64,000 bases of DNA from Felis catus (Eukaryota): NCBI RefSeq assembly GCF_018350175.1, contig NC_058368.1, positions 199,022,001 through 199,086,000 of the forward strand, read 5' to 3'. The notes beneath the pieces are model-generated. The model saw only the letters and a program-made list of their open reading frames with translations, had not been told where the DNA came from and made no database searches. Positions 25,156 to 35,910 of this stretch are shown in pieces; the stretch's first letter is position 1, and every line of letters starts with the position of its first letter. The translations under genes were made by a program, and so were the position numbers.

Positions 25156-26417
25156 CAGTGCTGGCTACTTCATGTGTGGGACGCAGAGCAAAATGCAAAT
25201 GAGGGGCCTTTGTTCAAAGAGGAGTGCTATTGATGGTACTAAGGTATGAAGCTCTTCCTTTCTTCTGTGGACTCTCAATCTGTCATGGTGTTTCTTATTT
25301 GCTATTTACTGTCATTCTAAAGAAAAGCTAAACTTGAAAATATCACTATTCATTTTTATATTGTGCAATGACAGTTTTAAATGCAAATATTGGAGCATTT
25401 ACCTTGTGTGCTGAATGGCCAAGATTATAGTTCACGTTTCACAGCTCACATGTGCATTTTGTTTCAAGTTTCTTTATTTATTTTTGAGAGAGAGCAGCAG
25501 CGGGGGAGGGACAAAGAGAGAGGGAAAGAGAGAGAATCCCAAGCAGGCTCTGCACTATCAGGACAGAGCCTGAAGTGGAGCTCCAACCACCAGCCATGAG
25601 ATCATGACCTGCGCCAAAACCAAGAGTCAGACGCTTAACCGACTGAGCCACCCAGGGGCCGTGGGGATTCACACGTGCATTTCCATGTCATTCTCACGAG
25701 TACAGTAGACATTCTGCACGAAACTAGCTCATCTATTTTTATTTCACTTTTTGGTATGCACACATTCTACCAGCATTCTGTACCTCCAACTCACTGATAA
25801 GTAAAGGACTCTAAAAGTCTTTTAAAGAAGGACATTGATGAGTAAAGAAGGAAACAAGATTATAGATGCCCTTCCTTTCTCTTTCCATTTGGGTCATCAT
25901 TTTCAGCATAAGTGGTTGGCTGATACAGGGGAGTAATACAGATAACAAAAGATATGATAGGACTCCTTGGTTGTTTATGTTTCCTAGAGTATGATTGCCT
26001 CCCTTTTGTCTTATCAAGTTTAAACAAAAAGAATAGCCTCTTGGGGTTGGTAAGGCCTCTGATTACCCAGTTACAGAGGTGATACACTTGCATGTAATAC
26101 AATACTTGAGTGTAATACACTCAATTTGCACCTCACTGAACTTGAATGCATTTTGTGTCTACTGGAATTCTGTGCTCATGGGCATCTCAAATGTTCTATG
26201 CATATGGGGATGCAAGGGTGACAAGAGCAGTGGATATGGTACATATGGGTTCTGCTCATGCATGTGGTTCATTGTCCAACTGGATTTTACTTATGAAACA
26301 CAAATTCAAAGATAAAATTATTAAGAATTTCAAGACCATGCTAGAAGAGCATTAACCAAGTGAGATTGTTGGGCCCCATGTGACCACAAAGTTCACATAC
26401 CCATAAAGCCAGCCCTG
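25156..26417 (-). mobile_element. Apparently full-length MER45B-like hAT-Tip100 element
   Basis: TIRs cagtgctggct / agccagccctg; both MER45 subterminal motifs present; about 1.05 kb after removing the SINE. Confidence 0.8.
25460..25660 (-). mobile_element. CanSINE nested in MER45
   Basis: Reverse CanSINE; TSD-like tcacatgtgcattt / tcacacgtgcattt. Confidence 0.92.
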
Positions 26418-26848
26418 TTTGTGACTCTATCCCTTGTTTTAGATTCCCAGAGCCCCACAGCCACCATTCTAATCCCAGCTCTCCTTACCTCACAACTCAA
26501 AGATTGACAGATTTCAAAACAGGTTTTCTGACTCTTGCTTTCTTCTCTTCTAACTCTTCTGATAAATTATTGCCAGTTTCACTTTCCTAAAGCAATACTT
26601 CCACACATGGCCTCACTGCTTCAGTCCTTCGGTGGTGCCTCATTGTCTATAGGCTCAAATTCTTTATCACAAAATTTTGTGCCTTCTACATTCTGGCCCT
26701 AAGCTGACTTTTTATGTCTCTTTCTTCCTGTACCCTTGACCTCTATCCAGATTCATCTAATCAATCCAAGCAAAAGTATAGCCAAAAAGATTGCTAACGC
26801 CCAGCCTTTGTCAAAACCACTCCCTCTGTCTATAATCCAGTCTCTGGG

Positions 26849-27071
26849 TTTTTTAAATTTTTTTAAATGCTTTTTAAAATTTATTTCTGAGACAGAGAGA
26901 GACAGAGCACGAGCAGGGGAGGGGCAGAGAGAGAGGGAGACACAGAATCTGAAGCAGGCTCCAGGCTCTGAGCTGTCAGCACAGAGCCTGACGCGGGGCT
27001 CAAACTCACAGATTGTGAGATCATGACCTGAGCTGTTGGACACTTAACAGACTGAGCCACCCAGGTGCCCC
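26849..27071 (-). mobile_element. CanSINE (SINEC_Fc2-like)
   Basis: TSD aatccagtctctg / attccagtctctg. Confidence 0.95.
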
Positions 27072-27178
27072 ATTCCAGTCTCTGTTAAAATCCAGTCCAT
27101 TCCTCAAAGCGAGAGATTACCTCTCCTATGAAATGCTTCCTGACCACCCCACTCCATAGTAATATCATTATAACTATT

Positions 27179-27611
27179 TGTAGGTGCCTGAATAATGGCC
27201 ACCCAAAGAAACCAAGTCCTACTCCCAGGAATCTGTAAATGTTGCCCTACATGGAAAAAGGATCTTTGCAGATGTATTTGGGTGAAGGATCCTGACATGG
27301 GATTATTCAAGGAGACCCTAAATCTAAAAAGTATCTTTATTTGGAGAGGTAGAGAAATTACACACAGAAGAGATGACACCATTAACACAGAGGCAGATTG
27401 GGCTGATGCAGTCACCAACAGCTGAGAAGGCAAAGAGCAGAGTGTCCCCAGAGCCTTCAGAGGGAGCGTGGCCTTGCCAACACCTGGGTTTTAGGCCAGT
27501 GAATCTGATGTTGAACTTCTGGCTTCTGGAACTGTGAGAGAATACATTTCTGTTGTTTTAAGGCATCAGGTTCGCAGTAATTTGTTACAGCAGCCACACA
27601 AAACAAATACA
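27179..27611 (+). mobile_element. MaLR solo LTR (MLT1C/D-like)
   Basis: TG...CA ends; gaataatggcc, catggaaaaaggatctttgcagatgt and gtaatttgttacagcagcca. Confidence 0.88.
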
Positions 27612-27663
27612 CTTCTCTAGCCTTTGCCACTGATCCTACACGGCGTGGCAGTACCCATTGTTT

Positions 27664-27868
27664 TTTACTTTGTAATTTTTTTAATGTTTATTTATTTATT
27701 TATTTAGAGAGAGAAGAAGAGAGAGAAGGAGAGGGGCAGAAAAAGAGGGAGAGGGAGAATCCCAAGCAGGCTCCATGCTGAGGGGCTCCATCCCATGAAC
27801 GCTGAGATCATGACCTGAGCTGAAATCAAAAGTTGGATGCTCGACCAACTGAGCCACCCAGGTGCCCC
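27664..27868 (-). mobile_element. CanSINE
   Basis: TSD cagtacccattgttt / cagtactcattattt. Confidence 0.92.
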
Positions 27869-28766
27869 CAGTACTCATTATTTGTTAAACATTACTTGTG
27901 TCCTTCCACCAAAACCATAAACCCCTCAAATAATAAGTCCATTTCTCTAATCGACTGGCTTTTCTGTGGTACCCTACATAGTACACTGCATTTGATGCTC
28001 AACAAGCACCTTTCTTGGATGAGGTTTATTGAGACATAATTTATATATGTTAACATTCACTCTCTTAATTGTACAATTCAGTGAGCTCTGCAAATGCATA
28101 TAGTTGTGTAATTACCACCACAGTGAAGATCTAGAACATTGTCTTCGCCTCAAAAGTTTCCCTTGTGCCCTTTTACAGTCAGTTTCTTCCCCTACACCTA
28201 GCTCTTGGCAACCCCTGATCTGATGTCTGTCCCTGTAGTTTTGACTTTTCCAGAATGTCATCTAAATGGAATCAAACTGTATATAGACTTTTGTGTCTGT
28301 CTTCCTTCACTTAGCGTAACATTTGTCGGATTCGCCTATATTGTTGTATGAATCAGTAATTTGCTCCTATGCATGGATATACCACAGTCTGTTTATCCAT
28401 TCACTAGTCGATGGCCATTTGGGCACTTCCAAGTTGGAGCTGTTATAAATTAGGCAGAGATCAACACTCATGACCAGGTCTTTGCCATAAATGTTAACAT
28501 ACAGGTCTTTATGTAGACACATGTTTCAGTTCACTTGGGTAAATACTGAGGAGTAAGACTGTTGGGTTGTATGATAAGTGTATGTTTAACTTCATAAGAA
28601 ACTACCCAACTGTTTTTTCAGAGTAGCTGTATCGTTTTGGTATTCCCACCCACAAAATGTGAGATATCTGATTGTTTTGCCTCCTCGCCAGAACTTGGTA
28701 TTAACAATCTTTTAAACTTAATTTAGCCATTCCAGTAGGTGTATAGTAGTATCTCATTGTGATTTA

Positions 28767-29228
28767 CTTATTTATTTTTGAAATTCAACCCCATGCTTTT
28801 TGTTTGCTTTTATTTTTTTTTAATTTGTTTTTTATTTTACATCCGAATTAGTTACCATACAGTGCAATAATGATTTCAGGAGGAGAATCCAGCGATTCAT
28901 CCCCTATGTGTAATACCCAGTGCTCATCCCAACAAGTGTCTTCCTTAACCCCTTGCCCATTTAGCCCTTCCCCCCCCACATCCTCTCCAGCAACCCTCAG
29001 TTTGTTCTCTGTATTTAAGAGTCTCTATATTTTGTCCCCCTCCTTCTTTTTATATTATTTTTGCTTCCCTTCCCTTATGTTCATCTGTTTTGTATCTTAA
29101 GTTCCTCATATGAGTGAAGTCATATGATATTTGTCTTTCTCTAACTGGCTAATTTTGCTTAGCATAATACCCTCTAGTTCCATCCACATACTTGGAAATG
29201 GCAAGGTTTCATTCTTTTTGATTGCCCG
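28767..29228 (-). mobile_element. 5'-truncated carnivore L1 3' end nested in L1M
   Basis: ORF2 C-terminal remnant (MWMELEGIMLSKISQLEKDKYHMTSLI) plus carnivore 3' UTR; candidate TSD attgtgattta 28756-28766 / 29229-29239. Confidence 0.88.
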
Positions 29229-29369
29229 ATTGTGATTTAGATTCTCAATTTTCTTCCTACAAACATTAAAGAGTGTCCTCATTGGTGAAGTGTCCACTTC
29301 TTTTATCCATTGGATAAAACACTGGATTTTTCATGGGGGGGGGGGCTCTCTCCCCCTCTATCTTTCTGT

Positions 29370-29515
29370 AAATATATATTATATAACATATAATAATAAA
29401 TGTATATCAATATAATAAATTCATGTTTATACATTACAGAATATATTAATAAATATATTATGTAATTAATATAGTGTATAATGTACTATATGATATAATA
29501 TGTATTTATATTTTA
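29370..29515. repeat. AT-rich low-complexity tract
   Basis: Read directly. Confidence 0.8.
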
Positions 29516-29950
29516 TACTCCAGGTATGTCCTTTATCAACTACATTTTACAAACATTTTCTCCCATTCTGTGGCTTTTCATTTATTCAGCAATATGTTTT
29601 AAAGAGCAGAAATTTTAAATTTTGATGAAATCCAGTTTATCAATATTTTCTTTTCTACCCCATTATTTCTTTTCCTTATTCAAGAAACCTTTGCCTAACC
29701 CAAGATCATAAGGATTTTTCTCCTATATTTTCTTCTAGAAAATTTATCATTTTAGCTCTAACATTTAGATCCGTGACCCATTTCTAGTTAATTTTTGCAA
29801 GAAATGTTTATTATTTGGTATGTAGCCCAGAATACAACCATAGGGAAGCTAACTCAGGAATTAAAAAGACACATTTCACAGAATGAAAAACAGTGTCCTG
29901 TAGGAGAGTTTGGAATTGTATCCTGGAAGCCCTGAAGAGGAGAATTTCTG

Positions 29951-30150
29951 TTCTTTTCTTTTTTTTTAATTTTATTTATTTCTTGAGAGAGAGAGAGAGA
30001 GAGAATGAGCGGAGGATGGGTAATGAGAAAGGGGGACAGAGGATCCAAAACGGGCTCTGTGCCCCAATGTGAGTCTCGAACTCACAAACCATAAGATCGT
30101 GACCTGAGCTGAAGTTACACCCTTAACCCACTGAGCTACCCACATGCCCC
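29951..30150 (-). mobile_element. CanSINE (diverged)
   Basis: T tail, (GA)n, reverse head ...ctgagctacccacatgcccc. Confidence 0.9.
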
Positions 30151-31299
30151 TAGGAGCACTTCTTTCATGGTTAATTTTTTGGATTAGCACAGCTTTGCTA
30201 TTTAAAAGTTTATATTTTAATAAATTTTGAAATTCCAGATCACAGATGCTATCAAGACCAAAACCCTTATGTGGGCTAGTAAAGGACACCCCCCTGGATA
30301 TTCTTGATTAACCTGCTGGATGTTGAGAAAATTACAAACCTCTTTCATTATCTGTGAAATGGGTATAATCATACTTGACATGAAGTTACTTTACAGGCTT
30401 GTGCAGACTGAGTCAGAAATCTTATAAAGGGGCCATAGAGATTTCAAATGTAATTGTGATTATTGCTAATTATACTAATTCTCAATTAAAACTTTTGCCA
30501 GAAAGCCTACAGATGATGTCAGTAATAAGGGGTCCATTGACTCGCATGTGTTGCGAGCATATTAATTGTAATTATTGCTTTGGCAGCTGCAATGTCTAAC
30601 TCCATAGGTGTTTGTTTCGTTAGTGATTCATTATTTACAAAATACTCTGGCAATGATGAGTGTCTGTTGCAAACCAAGGCCCTCCTATAATGAAATGCCA
30701 TTATTTTGTGGGATTTGTGACTTTTCTCCCATGGGAGACATCTTCAACTCATTAATGCCCTCAACACATGGCGTAATGGATTAAAACTAGGATAGGAGTA
30801 AATGATTTCAGTTCAAGTGCTGGAGTTTTTTTCACCCTGGGAGCAGGTGCCTTCCCATAAATATTTTCCTGAAATGGAAGTTGCCATGGGAAGTGGGTGG
30901 GTGGTCTGGATATCAGACTAAGGGCCTGGCAGTCAGGGGTCTGGATCCATCTTTGTGTCTAAGGGCCCAGGGCAATGGCAATAAATACACAAGTCCAAAG
31001 GAGCGCTGCGGCCCTGAGCCTGAACTCAGCAAAAAGATAAAGAGAACTGCCTTCCAACAACCATTGTTAAACACTTAGCACTTTGTATTTGTGACATGCT
31101 TTCAACCTTTACTTACTCTTCACTGCAGCCCTGTGAGTTAGGGTAGGACCCTCACTGTCACTCCTGGGGAGAAAACAGCGGCCCCAAAGGGGGTAATCAG
31201 GCTTCTCTCTCTGCAGGGCCCTTTTAACTGGTCTCTGATAACATTTTGAATTATGAGTTTTTAAGGGTCAGAGGCCCTAGCTCTCTTAGTTAAGCTTTT

Positions 31300-32300
31300 T
31301 GCCCTTAACAATTTGTTATTAAAAATATTCATAAGTGGAAACAAAAGTCTAATACACTCCCATGACCTCATCCTCAACAATTATAAACTCATGACCCATC
31401 TAAATTTCTCTTTATTCCACCCACGTCCCCCCATTCTGCTGAATTATTTTAGACAAAAATCCCAGACCTATCTTTTGATCTGTAAATACCTTGATAACTA
31501 TCTCTAGGAGATACGGATTTTCTTCTAAAATATCAATTATCTCACAAACATTTTTTTTTCCCTTCAGTTTATTAGAATCAGGATTTAAATTAAATTCCAT
31601 AAATTACAATCAGTTGATGTCTCTCAAGTCTCTTTTAATCCAGGGCTTTCCTGACTATCTTGTTTTTGTTTTTCCTTGCAATCTATTGGTTTGCAATCCA
31701 CAGTTTTCTTATAGGACTTTGTCTTGCATTTTGCTGATTACATGTCCATAATATTTTTAAAAATAACTTCATTTGTCACTCACATTTTCTGCAAATTGGT
31801 GGTTGAATCTAAAGATTTGATCAGATAAGTTTTCAAGTTTTTTTTTCCAAGAATCTGTCATAGAGCTGGATACTTCCATTGAAAGATTCGTGATTATCTC
31901 CCTTTTCATTAGTAGATTGTTGTCTGGAGCCATGCCTTCATTAAGAACTACAAAATGGTGATGTTCTATATCACTATATCCTTCTATAAGGAGAAAGTTT
32001 CCCTCACCTACTTTTTGGTTACCCAGTGATGTAGTTGATATAAGACAGGCAGAATTAATGCCTGATTCTCTTCCTTATGTATTAATTATCAAATTATTGA
32101 ATTCTCGAGTTGCTTCCCAAGTTATCCAGTTAAGTTTGTTTTTTTAATTTTTTAAACACTAGTATGATTTTATAGATTTAAGCATGTTAGTTTGTTTTAG
32201 TTTATTGGAACCACTATCATTGTGGTGCTCAGGTTGCACCATATTTGAACAATTGGCAGCTCCTTCCGGTTGGTTCCTGAGTCTTTCTGACATAAGCTGC
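31300..32300 (-). mobile_element. Degraded L1ME-like sequence, probably continuing at ~34240-36650
   Basis: T-rich with L1M-type motifs; boundaries uncertain. Confidence 0.5.
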
Positions 32301-32677
32301 GGTATCACAGACTGTTGGCTTCAAACAACAGAATTTTATTGTCTCACGGTTCTCAAGGCTAGAAGACTGAAATCAAGATGTTGGCAGGCTTGGTTTCTTC
32401 TGGAGGCACTGGTGGAGAATCTGTTCTGTGCCTCTGTCTTAGCTTGTGGCAGTTGCCAGCAAATCCTTGGTTTGTAGACCTATCACTTCAGTCTGCCTCT
32501 AACATCACATGGTATTCTTCTCCCTATCTGTCTCTATGTATAAATTTCCTTCTCCTCATACAGACACCAGTCATCGGCATAGGGGTCACTCAAACCCATT
32601 ATCCCCTCATTTTATTCATAGGTACCAGGGGTTAGGCTTTGAACATATCTTTTTGGAGCAAAATTTGACCCACAACA
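32300..32677 (-). mobile_element. MaLR LTR (MLT1A/B-like), antisense
   Basis: ggcttcaaacaacagaattttattgtctcacggttct, aatcaagatgttggcagg and terminal cccacaaca. Confidence 0.85.
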
Positions 32678-32748
32678 TCAATGAGTCTTTGATAACTTTT
32701 TTGCCTTCTTGCTTCTTGCTTAACATCAATGTTAAGACCCAGAATCTG

Positions 32749-34138
32749 TGGCACAAAAACAGACACATAGACCAATGGAATAGAATAGAAACCCCAGAAC
32801 TAGACCCACAAATGTATGGCCAACTCATCTTTGACAAAGCAGGAAAGAACATCCAATGGAAAAAAGACAGCCTCTTTAACAAATGGTGCTGGGAGAACTG
32901 GACAGCAACATGCAGAAGGTTGAAACTAGACCACTTTCTCACACCATACACAAAAATAAACTCAAAATGGATAAAGGACCTAAATGTGAGACAGGAAACC
33001 ATCAAAACCTTAGAGGAGAAAGCAGGAAAAGACCTCTGTGACCTCAGCCGTAGCAATCTCTTACTCGACACATCCCCAAAGGCAAGGGAATTAAAAGCAA
33101 AAGTGAATTACTGGGACCTTATGAAGATAAAAAGCTTCTGCACAGCAAAGGAAACAACCAACAAAACTAAAAGGCAACCAACGGAATGGGAAAAGATATT
33201 CGCAAATGACATATCGGACAAAGGGCTAGTATCCAAAATCTATAAAGAGCTCACCAAACTCCACACCCGAAAAACAAATAACCCAGTGAAGAAATGGGCA
33301 GAAAACATGAATAGACACTTCTCTAAAGAAGACATCCGGATGGCCAACAGGCACATGAAAAGATGTTCAGCGTCGCTCCTTATCAGGGAAATACAAATCA
33401 AAACCACACTCAGGTATCACCTCACACCAGTCAGAGTGGCCAAAATGAACAAATCAGGAGACTATAGATGCTGGAGAGGATGTGGAGAAACGGGAACCCT
33501 CTTGCACTGTTGGTGGGAATGCAAATTGGTGCAGCCGCTCTGGAAAGCAGTGTGGAGGTTCCTCAGAAAATTAAAAATAGACCTACCCTATGACCCAGCA
33601 ATAGCACTGCTAGGAATTTACCCAAGGGATACAGGAGTACTGATGCATAGGGGCACTTGTACCCCAATGTTCATAGCAGCACTCTCAACAATAGCCAAAT
33701 TATGGACAGAGCCTAAATGTCCATCAACTGATGAATGGATAAAGGAATTGTGGTTTATATACACAATGGAGTACTACGTGGCAATGAGAAAAAATGAAAT
33801 ATGGCCTTTTGTAGCAACGTGGATGGAACTGGAGAGTGTGATGCTAAGTGAAATAAACCATACAGAGAAAGACAGATACCATATGGTTTCACTCTTATGT
33901 GGACCCTGAGAAACCTAACAGGAACCCATGGGGGAGGGGAAGGAAAAAAAAAAACAGGTTAGAGTGGGAGAGAGCCAAAGCATAAGAGACTCTTAAAAAC
34001 TGAGAACAAACTGAGGGTTGATGGGGGGTGGGAGGGAGGAGAGGGTAGGTGATGGGTATTGAGGAGGGCACCTTTTGGGATGAGCACTGGGTGTTGTATG
34101 GAAACCAATTTGTCAATAAATTTCATATAAAAAAATAA

Positions 34139-34187
<49 letters not shown>

Positions 34188-34218
34188 AATAAAAATAAAT
34201 AAATAAATAAATAAAAAA
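32749..34218 (+). mobile_element. Young 5'-truncated felid LINE-1: intact ORF2 C-terminal 386 codons, 3' UTR and (AAAT)n tail
   Basis: Uninterrupted [14 protein letters not shown]...[18 protein letters not shown]...[10 protein letters not shown] (stop 33907-33909); perfect 15-bp TSD aagacccagaatctg 32734-32748 / 34219-34233; TT/AAGA endonuclease-like site. Confidence 0.98.
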
Positions 34219-34541
34219 AAGACCCAGAATCTGGTAAGACTCAGAATCAGCTCTTATTCTTTTAAGTTGGGAATGATATTTAGGGACTGAGAACTAGCAG
34301 TGTTTATCTCTACCAAGTTAGTCATTACTTCTAGGTCTTTTTAAAGGACAGAAATTGGAAATGCTTTTATATTTTTAAAGACAAAGCACATTGTAACTTC
34401 ATAACTCTCATCCAATTCAAATTCAAGACTCTGAGACTTAACCCCATCAAACCATCACCCTCTCCCATCATCTCCCTTCTCCCATGGGAAAGTCCTAGTT
34501 TTCAATCACACGCAAAAAATTATTCTTTTACTTTACCCTGT

Positions 34542-34542
<1 letters not shown>

Positions 34543-34576
<34 letters not shown>
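34543..34576. repeat. (AC)17 microsatellite
   Basis: Read directly. Confidence 0.95.
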
Positions 34577-34578
<2 letters not shown>

Positions 34579-34984
34579 ATCTCAAAATAACAAAACTAAC
34601 ATTACCACCAATGATATGGTTACTGAAAACAGTTTAAGGTTATTAAAATTATCCTTGCAATTCCTTGTGTCCTCAGAGTGCATTCCACTCAGGAAGGACC
34701 TGAAATTACTGCATATTATTGACATGTGAGCTAGTTTTTCTATATGTAGTTATGCCAACAACTTGGGACACAATTAAGTTCCTTTTATCCATGTAATCTC
34801 CATTTTTAGGGTTTTCTAAAATTAAGTTTTGTCCTTACAAATATGTAGAATATTTTCAGAGCTCCAAAGTCTAATCCACAGTGCAGCGTGTCGTCACAGA
34901 AATCTACCTCTGTGACTGTCCTCTCTACCTATCTCCTCCCTTTTTTTTAGAGGTAATCATTTAAACTTTTCTGTCCCTCCATTT

Positions 34985-35273
34985 TTGCACATTGATCTTG
35001 TATTCTTCAACCTCATTGCTTTCGCTCACTAGTTGTCATAGTTTGGTTTTCCATGTACATGATAAATGCCATCTGTGAATAGACAGTTTTCCTTATTCCT
35101 TTGCAATCTGGATGCCCTTTGTTTCTGTTCCTTGCCTAATTACACTGGTTAGAATCTTCAGTACAAGGTGGAATAGAAGTGGCGAGAGCAAACATCCTTG
35201 TCTTGTTCCAGATCTCAGGGGGAACTCTCCACTCATTCATTATTTTTTTAATGTTTATTTATTTATTTTGAGG

Positions 35274-35321
<48 letters not shown>

Positions 35322-35910
35322 CACACACAGGGGAGGGGCAGAGGGAGAGGGAGAGAGGATCCCAAGCAGGTTCCATGCTGTCAGCCAGAAGTGGGGCTCG
35401 ATCCCACAAACCATGAGATCATGACCTGGGCTGAACTCAAGGAGTCTGACGCTTAACCCACTGAGCTACCCCGGTGCCCCTCCATTCATTTAATATTAAG
35501 TATGATGCTATCTGCAGGTTTTTCATAGATACCTTTAACAGACTGAGGAAGCTCCCTCCCATTTCTAGTTTGCTGAGTGTTTTTATCATGAAATAGTGTA
35601 GGTTTTTGTCAAATGCTTTTTTGTATCTATTGAGATGATAATGTGTTTTTAATTCCATTGATACAGTGTGTTACCTTAATTGATGTACAGATGTTAAAAC
35701 AGCCTTGCATTTCTGGGGTAAATTCCTCTTAACCATGGTGTGTAATTCTTTTTGTACATAGTCTTGTTGGCTTGCTAGTATTTGTTGAGAATTTTTATGT
35801 CTATATTTATATGAGATATTGGTCTACAGTTTTCTATGATGTCTTTGTCTGGTTTTCATATCAAAGCAATACTAAACTCACAGAATGAGTTGGGAAGTGT
35901 TTCCTCGTCC
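34985..35910 (-). mobile_element. Degraded L1M ORF2 (RT-region) fragment, interrupted by a SINE
   Basis: gaatagaagtggcgagagcaaacatccttgtcttgttccagatctcagggg; the minus-strand ORF has RT-like KKAFDK. Confidence 0.85.
35241..35480 (-). mobile_element. CanSINE
   Basis: T tail, (GA)n, reverse head. Confidence 0.92.

Larger units (their letters stand above)
28020..29810 (-). mobile_element. Old L1M (L1MB/MC-like) 3' region, interrupted by a younger L1 and an AT-rich tract
   Basis: gtttattgagacataatt start; ccacagtctgtttatccattcac; gaaattttaaattttgatgaaatccagtttatc. Confidence 0.82.

Noticed and set aside
32616..33071. 151-aa antisense ORF
   Set aside because: It is the antisense shadow of L1 ORF2.
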